From the NCBI GenBank assembly GCA_965372715.1, contig CBDVDH010000001.1, positions 1 to 64,000 of the forward strand: 64,000 bases of DNA, in the 5' to 3' direction. The DNA is from an uncultured bacterium. Lineage in GTDB: Bacteria > B130-G9. The position numbers and the translations under genes were made by a program. Shown here one piece after another: positions 7,261 through 15,462 of this stretch (the stretch's first letter is position 1; the number at the start of each line of letters is the position of its first letter). Under the pieces are notes generated by a model. It was not told where the DNA came from and did not search any database. It saw only the letters and a list, made by a program, of their open reading frames with translations.

Positions 7261-9059
7261 GTCGCAGGCCCGCTCTTGAGCTGGCTCTCAACATAAGCTT
7301 TGCGTCAGCGGCTTCGCTCCCCGCGCTCGGACGGCCGGACGGGGGCGCGCTGCCCTACGTCTCGGGTTCCACGCTTAAGGGCGCCATGAAAGCGGTTGCG
7401 GAGAGGATACTGGACCTCAACGGGATAGCTCATTGCTCTGGGGGCCAGCGCCTGGACTCGTGCGAGAGCAAACCTTGTCTTATTTGCTCTCTTTTTGGCC
7501 AGCGTCTTTGCCCCGGCAAGATCGTTTTCGAGGGTGGAACCCTCCTAGAAGCCTGGGGGCCTGACATAGCCCAGCTACGGCGGAAGGGCAGGATGCGAAA
7601 TGGGACCATTCGCGCATTCGCTCCGCAGACTTTCGCGGCAAGGATTGTTGCCCTGTCTCCACTAACCACAGACGAGGAACAGCTTCTGGTCTCGGCTGCG
7701 GGGAGCGTCAGGACGCTGGGCGGTGGAAAAACGCAGGGGCTGGGCTTTTGCTCAATTGAGGTAGAAAGAAAGGAATCCACCCAGGCTGAAGCACTTCCGA
7801 GGATGGAAGCCCTCGAAGGCGAGGGTAATGAGGTCGGCATTATTCTCTTTGCAGAAGGGCCGATCTGCATAGCCAGGTCGCCCGTCGGGCAATGGTATCG
7901 TGAGAGCCTCGATTACGTGCCCGGCGCAGCGATTAAGGCCGCGTTTCACGACCAATTAAGGCGGCTGGAACAGCTGGACGTCATCGGGACGGAAACGGCC
8001 AACGCGTTTCTCGCCCCATCTGTGTCCTTCTCTGATTGCTTGCCTGTGGGCCGTTCCGATTCCGCGCCCTTGCAGTCAGACAGCGATCCGCTCGAGCTGC
8101 CATTTGTTCTGCCGTTTTCCGCGACAACTCCTGGTCTGCGCCTCGACAATCAGAAAGACATGGCCGTCGAACCGCCGGACACGCTTATCCGACGTTTCGT
8201 GCTGCGTGAATGTTATCACAATGGTTTCCCCTACGTGGCTGGGCGAGGTTGTCCCCAAAGGGCTTTCGATCAGATGGTCAGCGGCGGTTGCGATACGTCA
8301 TGGAGGGGTCAATTGGTTTCCGTCTCAAGTGACGTGGCCTCATTCTGTCCCGTTGAGCGAGTCAGCACAAGGTCTGTGCCTGAGCGTCGTCATTGCGTTT
8401 CTTTCGTGCATCCTCACACTTTGTTCGCGGGTACCATCAGACGACTGCGACCGGCCGCAAAACAGGCGCTCAGACAGCTCGTAACTGAGAAGTTGAGCGT
8501 CGGCGCCTTGCGTAGCCGGGGCTTTGGAAGGCTATCGTTGAGAATCGTTCATCCTCCCGCCAGAGCGGACGTTGGCGAGGCGGTCGGACGTTTCAATGTG
8601 GCAATTGGGACCGAGCTCAACAGGTGGGGCAGAGTTTGGGACGGCGCATCGTCTATCGCCCAGGGGATCGAGAAGGACGGCCGGCTATTCTTCTCGATAG
8701 GGTTGTTGTCAGACCTGATGCTGCCAAAATGGTCGTTCTGGGATGGCGGCCAGGCCACGCCGTTTGAGCAGCTGTTGTCTGAGGCTGGAACCTCCGCTCA
8801 GGAGGTGCTGTCACTCGTGAAGTTCGGGACAAAAGGTGGCTGGAATGCGGTCTGCCAGGCGCCTCGTGGATTGACGCCCATCATTCGGCGGGGGAGCGTT
8901 TGCCTGTTTGAGACTAGAGTGGCCGGGGCGGCAAGGCAAGAGCTGTATGCGAAGCTCGATGACATTCAGGATGCGGGTCTAGGCCTGCGCACGAGCGACG
9001 GGTTTGGCGCCATAGCGGTTTGCAGCAGTTTTCATACCATAGGATACCTTGAGTCATAA
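7257..9059 (+). CDS. csx10: Cas7-Csx10 (Cas5 group) RAMP fusion
   Basis: N-terminal Cas7 (PYVSGSTLKGAMK, PCLICSLFG, GGGKTQGLG); C-terminal Csx10 (SLDYVPGAAIKAA, VGALRSRGFG, GGWN, GSVCLF, GLGLRTSDGFG..VC..FH); ATGA overlap with cas10. Confidence 0.85.
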   Translation: MSRRPALELALNISFASAASLPALGRPDGGALPYVSGSTLKGAMKAVAERILDLNGIAHCSGGQRLDSCESKPCLICSLFGQRLCPGKIVFEGGTLLEAWGPDIAQLRRKGRMRNGTIRAFAPQTFAARIVALSPLTTDEEQLLVSAAGSVRTLGGGKTQGLGFCSIEVERKESTQAEALPRMEALEGEGNEVGIILFAEGPICIARSPVGQWYRESLDYVPGAAIKAAFHDQLRRLEQLDVIGTETANAFLAPSVSFSDCLPVGRSDSAPLQSDSDPLELPFVLPFSATTPGLRLDNQKDMAVEPPDTLIRRFVLRECYHNGFPYVAGRGCPQRAFDQMVSGGCDTSWRGQLVSVSSDVASFCPVERVSTRSVPERRHCVSFVHPHTLFAGTIRRLRPAAKQALRQLVTEKLSVGALRSRGFGRLSLRIVHPPARADVGEAVGRFNVAIGTELNRWGRVWDGASSIAQGIEKDGRLFFSIGLLSDLMLPKWSFWDGGQATPFEQLLSEAGTSAQEVLSLVKFGTKGGWNAVCQAPRGLTPIIRRGSVCLFETRVAGAARQELYAKLDDIQDAGLGLRTSDGFGAIAVCSSFHTIGYLES

Positions 9060-9523
9060 TGGATAGCGGCTTCCGGGTTTTGCACGCGATCGATTCTTTA
9101 AGAAAGAATCTGAAGAAACTAGCGGACGCCGCTGTTCGAGAGCGCATTGGCTCAGATGAGTTCCTGTTTTTCAAGGATGGGCTTCGGGTTCTTTGGCTTT
9201 ACGCAATGCAGGCGAGCTCAGTCGATGCGGTGATGCTGTATCTTATGTCATTGATCGGCGGTTCACCGCGCAACCAGCGATGGCGTCGAAACAACATTGG
9301 GCAGAAGGTCCTCGATGACTTGAGGTCTTTTGTCCTTCAGATTTCACAGGAGATCGCTCGCGTCTCCGAAGTTGATTGGGTGCCCGGATTCTGGCTGGTT
9401 GCGGGGCGGATCTACTTGTCATATTTATGGCAATCCCATACTTTTGAGAGGCCAGAATTATCGGGGCCGGTGAAAGGTCCGGGGCCGACCGAGATTGAAA
9501 GCGACGGTGCAAGTGGATCATAA
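9059..9523 (+). CDS. cas11: Cas11-like small subunit
   Basis: Helical 154 aa; SSVDAVMLYLMSLIGG...W...IGQKVLDDL resembles the S...V..FI.YQIGR...W...G..L pattern of III-D small subunits; TAATG overlap; position after csx10. Confidence 0.62.
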   Translation: MDSGFRVLHAIDSLRKNLKKLADAAVRERIGSDEFLFFKDGLRVLWLYAMQASSVDAVMLYLMSLIGGSPRNQRWRRNNIGQKVLDDLRSFVLQISQEIARVSEVDWVPGFWLVAGRIYLSYLWQSHTFERPELSGPVKGPGPTEIESDGASGS

Positions 9524-10661
9524 ATGGATACAGGGCAGTCTTAGCGGAACGCTTCGGGTTGTTTCCGGACTGCACGTTGGCGGGAATTGTGGGAAAAAAG
9601 GCGGAGCGCAAGTCACCTCCTTTGTTCGTGACGAGAAGGGCCGACCTTTTGTGCCCGGCTCGACCCTGAAAGGCGCAATACGGTCACAGGCGCAGATGGG
9701 CATAAAAACCTACACGGACGGGGCAAATGGCGTGATATGGGCCTGTGATTTTCCCGAATCGCTCGACCGCGAATCGCTCTCGTTCTGTCTCCGGGCCGAT
9801 GATGCCTCAGGGCCGTGCGCCGTGTGCAGCCTCTTTGGGTCAACAGTCAATCCCTCACGAGTCTTTGCTCGTGACCTTGAGCTCTGCGATGAGTGGTCGG
9901 AATCGCTTATGCAGCACAGAGCTACGTTGGGCATCTCAAGGGGCTTTCGCCGCGGCATCGAAGGTACCGGGCGAATGATCGAGGTGGTTCCTCCGGGGCT
10001 CGATTTTCGGTTTGAGATTCTCGTCTCTGAGCCACTGGATTGGGAGCTCGGGCTGCTGTTCTGGGTCGTTGGGAGACTGGATGAGGGGTTTGGCCGGCTC
10101 GGAGGTGGCCGGAGACTCGGCCTGGGTCATGTGAGTATGCAAGTCACACAGGTCCTGATGCAGCGCCTGGGCCAGGGACTGGACAGCGTGTCGGAGGTTT
10201 ATCTGCCGCGGTCCGGGATTGAAACTCCCGATAAGAGCGAGCGCCCCGAAATCGATAAGCTGATTGGCATTCCCAAGCCCGACATCGACGATATAGGCGC
10301 GGTTCTGTGTTATTGCCTAAAAGTTATGGAGATGAAAGATATGCAGGCCGACGCTGGGGAGATCGGGAAGCTTCTGTTATCGGAGTTTGGACTAAGCAAG
10401 CGTCGTCGAGAGGAGCTCGGTCTGCCGGAGAAGGTCTCAGAGCTGCTCGACAAAATGGTCCTCGAGAGTAAGCTGGCGAAGAGTTACCTGGGGCACTACA
10501 GCATCTCGCCGGATTACGTTCAAGAAAAAGCTCCGCAAAAGGAGAAGAAAGCGGGGGGTGTCGAGCTGAGGCGCCTCGATCTGGACGATTTCCGGGCGCA
10601 GTGTGAGGAGGCGCTGCGTCGGATGCTCTTCAAGGATGCCGAGGCGGCAAGCGATGCATAG
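9495..10661 (+). CDS. cas7: Cas7-group RAMP (Csm3/Csx7-like) with an extra helical domain near the C-terminus
   Basis: SGLHVGG, VRDEKGRPFVPGSTLKGAIRS, PCAVCSLFGS, EVVPPG..F, LGGGRRLGLG; exact start uncertain (9495, 9507 or 9513). Confidence 0.88.
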   Translation: MKATVQVDHKWIQGSLSGTLRVVSGLHVGGNCGKKGGAQVTSFVRDEKGRPFVPGSTLKGAIRSQAQMGIKTYTDGANGVIWACDFPESLDRESLSFCLRADDASGPCAVCSLFGSTVNPSRVFARDLELCDEWSESLMQHRATLGISRGFRRGIEGTGRMIEVVPPGLDFRFEILVSEPLDWELGLLFWVVGRLDEGFGRLGGGRRLGLGHVSMQVTQVLMQRLGQGLDSVSEVYLPRSGIETPDKSERPEIDKLIGIPKPDIDDIGAVLCYCLKVMEMKDMQADAGEIGKLLLSEFGLSKRRREELGLPEKVSELLDKMVLESKLAKSYLGHYSISPDYVQEKAPQKEKKAGGVELRRLDLDDFRAQCEEALRRMLFKDAEAASDA

Positions 10662-11634
10662 CAGGCTCTATAATAGGGCTGTCTTGGGCCTGAACATCAA
10701 GCCGCGCGGGCCGCTGCTTGTCCGGGCGAGTCGAACTATGTCCGACGCTTCGTTGATGTTTGAGCACAACGTTGAGATGCCGCACGGCGTCTCAGCAGCT
10801 GTCCCTTTCATTCCGGGTTCTTCACTGAAGGGAGTAATCCGAAGCCATTTCGAGCGCGTCGCAGCGTCTTGCGGCATTGGAGCTTGTGACCCGTTTTCGC
10901 GCTCGGCCTGCGGGCGCCGCGACTCGTCCCAAGAATCCGCGGAGATGTCCGAGGCCAAGGTCTATTCGGAGGTCCTGTGCGCATCGTGCAAGGTCTTTGG
11001 TTGCGAGGCGGCAGCCGGGAGATTCTGCATAAGAGATGCAATGGCCTCCACGAGCAATCCGCCGACTCGTCAGTTAAGAGCAACACTTCCGATCGATCGC
11101 TTCCTGGGCAGCGGCAGGTCTGCCTCGGCGACGGATTTCGAGGCCGTAGTGGGCGGCGAGTTTGAGACGCAAATCGTGCTCGAGAACTTCGAGCTTTGGC
11201 AGCTCGCGATGATCGGCATTGTGTTGATGGACCTTGACGACGGGTATGCGCAGATAGGCGGTCTTCGGTCGAAGGGCTACGGTCTTGTGGCGGTCGAGTT
11301 CAGCAATTGTGAACTTTTCTTTGCCAAGTCCGGGCTCTCTACCGAAAGAGTTTACGGAATCGGCAGTCTGGTGAGTGAACAGCAGCGGAGCGAGTTCCGC
11401 TATATGAGCGAGGATTGGCTGCTTTTGCGGTGGCCTTCCACCACAGACGCAGATGTAAGGCGCGGGCCCCGAATCGATTACGACGTCGTCTCTGACGTTT
11501 TTGGCCTCAAATATGTCATCAAGTCGCACGATGCCATCAGATTGCTCCTTGCGATGCTGCCCAAAAGCCTTCTCGACTATGCTTCTCACCACAGGACATC
11601 GCCCGGAAAGGGCATCGAAGAAGGAGGAGAGTAG
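10654..11634 (+). CDS. cas7: Cas7-group RAMP
   Basis: MHSRLYN, GPLLV, PFIPGSSLKGVIRSHFER, CASCKVFG, IDRF.G, LENFELWQL, IGGLRSKGYG. Confidence 0.9.
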   Translation: MHSRLYNRAVLGLNIKPRGPLLVRASRTMSDASLMFEHNVEMPHGVSAAVPFIPGSSLKGVIRSHFERVAASCGIGACDPFSRSACGRRDSSQESAEMSEAKVYSEVLCASCKVFGCEAAAGRFCIRDAMASTSNPPTRQLRATLPIDRFLGSGRSASATDFEAVVGGEFETQIVLENFELWQLAMIGIVLMDLDDGYAQIGGLRSKGYGLVAVEFSNCELFFAKSGLSTERVYGIGSLVSEQQRSEFRYMSEDWLLLRWPSTTDADVRRGPRIDYDVVSDVFGLKYVIKSHDAIRLLLAMLPKSLLDYASHHRTSPGKGIEEGGE

Positions 11635-11642
11635 GTCGCGCG

Positions 11643-12041
11643 ATGCCTAAATATGGCCTATGCAGGACGATCGACGGCGACGAGTTCTATCGAAAGGTAT
11701 TTGAGCTGGAGAAGGCATTTTGCATTCAGGAACGGCTGGACCGGATGGAGCTTTCTGAGGGGACGCCATCGAACTTGCTGAGCCGAGGCAGGGTGTTCAA
11801 CAGCGAGGTGGAATTGCGTTGGGATAACGGGCATTTTGCCATGTTATGGGAAGCAGAGAGCGTTGACGACATTCCGCAAGGCGCGTTGGTGTTTCACTGC
11901 GATGATAAGCCATTTCCTCTACTCTTATGGCGGGACCCCATGTCCAACGCCCAACATCCCAGAGGCGCCGCTCAAATCGTTACCGTCAAATACACCAAAG
12001 ACGGCGTCGTGCGGTTCATAAGATTCAAAGGTGTCAAGTGA
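11643..12041 (+). CDS. csx19: Csx19 (type III-D signature subunit)
   Basis: GRVFNSEVELRW, LLLW, and C-terminal Y...G.VRFIRFKGV; GGAG-containing RBS; lies between Cas7 genes. Confidence 0.75.
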   Translation: MPKYGLCRTIDGDEFYRKVFELEKAFCIQERLDRMELSEGTPSNLLSRGRVFNSEVELRWDNGHFAMLWEAESVDDIPQGALVFHCDDKPFPLLLWRDPMSNAQHPRGAAQIVTVKYTKDGVVRFIRFKGVK

Positions 12042-13171
12042 GATCGCAGGAGGAACGGGTGAGGCGGGGTTCCTGGTTACCCAGGGAACCTGAAGGATAT
12101 GATTTCGTACAGCTTCCCTATGCAAAGAGCAGCATCCCATCCTATCACGTCCGAAAGACCGCGGCCGGTGCATCGTTCTCGGGCAAGATGTCGATCAAGA
12201 TCGAGGCCCTGTCGCCGGTTCACATATCTGACGGCACGCTGAGGCTTTCGGAGGAGCTGGGCTTTGAGAAAGGGTTCGTAGTTAAGTCGATACTCTGTCC
12301 CGAAGAGCCGATAATCCCGGGGACGACCCTCAAAGGCGCCGCTAGGACCTATTATGAGGCCATTACCAGAAGCTGCGTGAGCCAACACCTCAAACACATG
12401 CGCACGCGGTATGTCGCCCGAAACAGGGGCGCATCGAATCTGCCTCAACAGCTTGTGAAGCAGATCGTCGCGGCGGGCGGTGATGAGGAAGGATTTGCTG
12501 AAATCGCGATTTTACCGGAATGCTATGAACGCCGAGACCGATGCCCGCCGGCCAAGAGGAAGTCATCGAAGCTGTGCCCCGCCTGTCTGCTCTTTGGCGT
12601 GAGAGGGTTTGCAGGACGGGTCTCGTTTGCCGATGCGAAGCTTGTGGATGCTCCCAAGAAGGGTGAGCTTCTTTATGTTCCGCCGCGCGGGGCGCCTCAT
12701 CTTCACAGGCTCGGCCGTGCATCTGTTGCGCCGGGTCTGAGCTCTGCGAAGTTGTATATTGACAACTTGAAGGGTCGGAAAATCTATACAGCGGAGTACG
12801 AGCCTCGTGGGCCCTCTCAGGAAATGGAGCTCTGGGACTACGTCCCGGCTGGGGCGGTTTTCTCTGGTCTGATGGTCTTCCATGGTCTTTCGATGGCCGA
12901 GATGGGGGGCCTTTTTGCTTGCTTGGGTCTCGATAGCAAGATGGCGATCAGGGTTGGGGCCGGCAAGGCATCGGGCCTGGGCAAGATAAGCATCTCTTCA
13001 AAGGAGCTTGTTGCCTTTCCATCGGGACTCATGCAGCGCGTGTCTGAGGATTCGAGAAGGCCGATCGATGACCTGTCCGGTCTCATAAAACAGTGCAAGA
13101 CGTCCTTTTTCAAGTCTTCGTTTGTATATCCTAAATCCTTCGATATGCTGAAGAAGATATGTGCGGTGTGA
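12038..13171 (+). CDS. cas7: Cas7-group RAMP (terminal III-D type, YDFV/GRKFY family)
   Basis: GYDFV, FSGKM, LSPVHISDG, IIPGTTLKGAARTYYEAITRSC, LCPACLLFG, GRVSFADA, GRKIY, VGAGKASGLG; GTGA overlap with csx19. Confidence 0.88.
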   Translation: MRSQEERVRRGSWLPREPEGYDFVQLPYAKSSIPSYHVRKTAAGASFSGKMSIKIEALSPVHISDGTLRLSEELGFEKGFVVKSILCPEEPIIPGTTLKGAARTYYEAITRSCVSQHLKHMRTRYVARNRGASNLPQQLVKQIVAAGGDEEGFAEIAILPECYERRDRCPPAKRKSSKLCPACLLFGVRGFAGRVSFADAKLVDAPKKGELLYVPPRGAPHLHRLGRASVAPGLSSAKLYIDNLKGRKIYTAEYEPRGPSQEMELWDYVPAGAVFSGLMVFHGLSMAEMGGLFACLGLDSKMAIRVGAGKASGLGKISISSKELVAFPSGLMQRVSEDSRRPIDDLSGLIKQCKTSFFKSSFVYPKSFDMLKKICAV

Positions 13172-13512
13172 GGGCAGAGCTGGCTGACGAGGCGTCGCCA
13201 GAAAGGAAGGTCGAGCTGACGAAGGAGGTCGCCATGCGGCTTTCAAACGCGAAGATCGATCCGAATGAAGTAGCAAGGACGATTCGCAACTTGCATTGGA
13301 CCGGGAACCTACAAAACGCAAGGGAGGTCTTAAGGCGCTTCTCACGGGACCGGAGACATTATGGTCGCAGTCTGTCGATGAAACGCCAGCACGCCGCCAT
13401 AGAGAGGGAGTTCTTCGCGATTCTCTCGGTTTGCAGTGACGTCAATGAACTTCTGGTCTTGGGCATGCGGATTGTTCGGCTTATGCCATATTATCTTCAA
13501 GGCTATGAATAA
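13168..13512 (+). CDS. Second small helical protein, Cas11-like
   Basis: IDPNEV, GRS, LGMRIVRLMPY resembles the D.NE..K ... LGW.VRLM.Y small proteins of type III operons; GTGA overlap with upstream cas7. Confidence 0.55.
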   Translation: MRAELADEASPERKVELTKEVAMRLSNAKIDPNEVARTIRNLHWTGNLQNAREVLRRFSRDRRHYGRSLSMKRQHAAIEREFFAILSVCSDVNELLVLGMRIVRLMPYYLQGYE

Positions 13513-13529
13513 CTAGTGGGGAAGAAGCA

Positions 13530-14153
13530 ATGAGTACCGTAATACCTTTGCCTGAGGTCAGCTATGCCGGGGGGCTCGACCTTAACACCGCTATTTATGA
13601 ACGTATCAGTGTGAGGCGCTTTGAGAGCAGGCCAATCGGGCTCGGCGCCGTGGCGAATCTCTTGTGGTCAACGCAGGGGTATATCCGCTCAGGGAAACGG
13701 GCTGTTCCCTCCGCCGGGGCGACCTATCCGCTCCTGATATACTTGGCGGTGGCCGAGGACGGCGTCGAGGACCTGTCGGCTGGGCTCTACTGCTACAATC
13801 ATCACTACGACGCTGACAGGCACAGTCTCCAGCTCAATCACGATGCTTCGGTCGTGAGTGAACTGGCCGAGGCGTGTTACGGTCAAGGCTGTGTTGAGCA
13901 GGCGATGGCAGTGATTGCGGTCGTCGTCGACAATTCGAGGACGGAAAAAAGATACGGCGGCCGGGCCGAGAGATACGTCGCTATGGAAGCGGGGCACGTT
14001 GGACAGAACGTCTCGCTTATGGCTGTCTCGCTTGGCCTGGGAACCGTGATGGTCGGCGCTTTCAAAGACGACGAAGTGGCAGCCGCCCTTCGCCTCGAGA
14101 AAGGCCTCAAGCCGTACTACGTGATGCCGATCGGCTATCCGTACGCGGGCTAG
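13530..14153 (+). CDS. SagB/ThcOx-like nitroreductase-fold FMN dehydrogenase
   Basis: RISVRRF, LLWSTQG, RAVPSAGATYPL, MEAGHVGQNVSL, GLGTVMVGAFKDDEV. Confidence 0.9.
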   Translation: MSTVIPLPEVSYAGGLDLNTAIYERISVRRFESRPIGLGAVANLLWSTQGYIRSGKRAVPSAGATYPLLIYLAVAEDGVEDLSAGLYCYNHHYDADRHSLQLNHDASVVSELAEACYGQGCVEQAMAVIAVVVDNSRTEKRYGGRAERYVAMEAGHVGQNVSLMAVSLGLGTVMVGAFKDDEVAAALRLEKGLKPYYVMPIGYPYAG

Positions 14154-14199
14154 ACGGCGACTCAGTAAGGCCTTTTCGCCGACATTGATGAGAAGAGGT

Positions 14200-14366
14200 A
14201 ACCACGAATGGACACGAATAGACACGAATAAAGGGAGGCTTATTCTCTCTTCGTGGTTCTTAGTGTCCTTCGTGGACGCCTGATTGAATGCAGCTTTCAT
14301 CCACGAAGAGCACGAAGGCACACCAAGAAATAGCTTTTCTTATGTCATTCGTGTTCATTCGTGGTT
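14200..14366. repeat. Nested inverted nonamer repeats (CACGAA family) between convergent genes
   Basis: aaccacgaatggacacgaatagacacgaat ... cattcgtgttcattcgtggtt, with an inner ttcgtgg/ccacgaa pair. Confidence 0.75.
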
Positions 14367-14370
14367 TCGC

Positions 14371-15462
14371 TTACAATAAATGCTTGAGGCCGCGCGATTC
14401 GAGCTCCCGCACTACCTTGCGGACATCCTCCGCCTTGTCCTTCTTGCAGACGAGGATTGCATCGTCCGAATCGACGACGACCACGTCCTCCAGCCCGACT
14501 ATGGCGACGAGCCTTTTGGGCGAGAAGGCCACGCAGTTTCTTGCCTCGACCGTTATGAGCTCGCAATTTGAAGCGCAGCCGGTCTCATCGGCGGGCCAGA
14601 TGTTAGAAAGCGATGCCCAGCTGCCGACATCGTCCCAGCCGATGTCGGTTTCGATGACCAGGACCTGTTCGGCCTTCTGCATGACGCCGTAGTCGATCGA
14701 GATCGGCGTGATCTTCTCATAGAGATCGGCGAGCAGTTCGTCGAAGCTCTCGCTTCCCAGTTGCTTGCTCAACGTCGTAAGTGCGGAACCGAGCTCGGGA
14801 AGGTGGCGCTCTATCACCCGAAGGATCGTGTCCGCGCGCCAGAAGAAGACCCCCGCGTTCCAGAGATACCCGCCGTCAGCGAGCATCTCGCGCGCCCTCG
14901 AAAGAGGCGGTTTTTCCACGAATCTCGTAGCCTCAAAGCAGGTGAGACCATCCAGGCACCGTTCTGTGCAGGGCTGGCCCTTCTTTATGTAGCCGAACCC
15001 GGTCGCTGGCTGTTTTGGCGTGATACCGATTGTGATGAGCGATTCTGGGCGAGCGTCGAGCGTGCGTGCCGCAAGCCTTATGACGTGCTCGAACTTCTGC
15101 TTGTCAGAGACGACGTGGTCGGCGGGCATTACCGCCATCGAGGCGTCGGGGCGTCGGTCCCGGACGATGAGCGCGGCCAGGCCGATGCAGGGCGCGGTGT
15201 TTCTGCCGACTGGCTCGGCGATGACGTTCTCGGCCGGAATCGTAGGGACGCATTCTCTGATCGCGGCGACCTGCTCGGCGAGCGTAACGACGAGTATGTT
15301 GGAGGGGGCTATGACGCCCGCGATTCGGTCGAAAGTCATCTCGAGCATCGTCTTGCCGCTGACGAGTGGCAGAAGGTGCTTTGGCGTCTGCCTTCGGCTT
15401 TGCGGCCAGAGTCTGGTTCCCGAGCCGCCGGCCATTATCACGCCGAACATGGGTGTGCTCAT
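14371..15462 (-). CDS. manC: Mannose-1-phosphate guanylyltransferase
   Basis: IMAGGSGTRLWPQSR..PK, EPVGRNTAP, MPADH, FVEKP, WNAGVF, SIDYGVMQK, GWDDVGSW. Confidence 0.93.
   Translation of the reverse strand: MSTPMFGVIMAGGSGTRLWPQSRRQTPKHLLPLVSGKTMLEMTFDRIAGVIAPSNILVVTLAEQVAAIRECVPTIPAENVIAEPVGRNTAPCIGLAALIVRDRRPDASMAVMPADHVVSDKQKFEHVIRLAARTLDARPESLITIGITPKQPATGFGYIKKGQPCTERCLDGLTCFEATRFVEKPPLSRAREMLADGGYLWNAGVFFWRADTILRVIERHLPELGSALTTLSKQLGSESFDELLADLYEKITPISIDYGVMQKAEQVLVIETDIGWDDVGSWASLSNIWPADETGCASNCELITVEARNCVAFSPKRLVAIVGLEDVVVVDSDDAILVCKKDKAEDVRKVVRELESRGLKHLL

Noticed and set aside
13689-14321. 210-aa minus-strand ORF
   Set aside because: Antisense to the nitroreductase and starts inside a repeat tract
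14200-14366. Repeats downstream of the cas-like operon as a degenerate CRISPR array
   Set aside because: 9-nt units in inverted arms, with the same architecture elsewhere in the window away from cas genes
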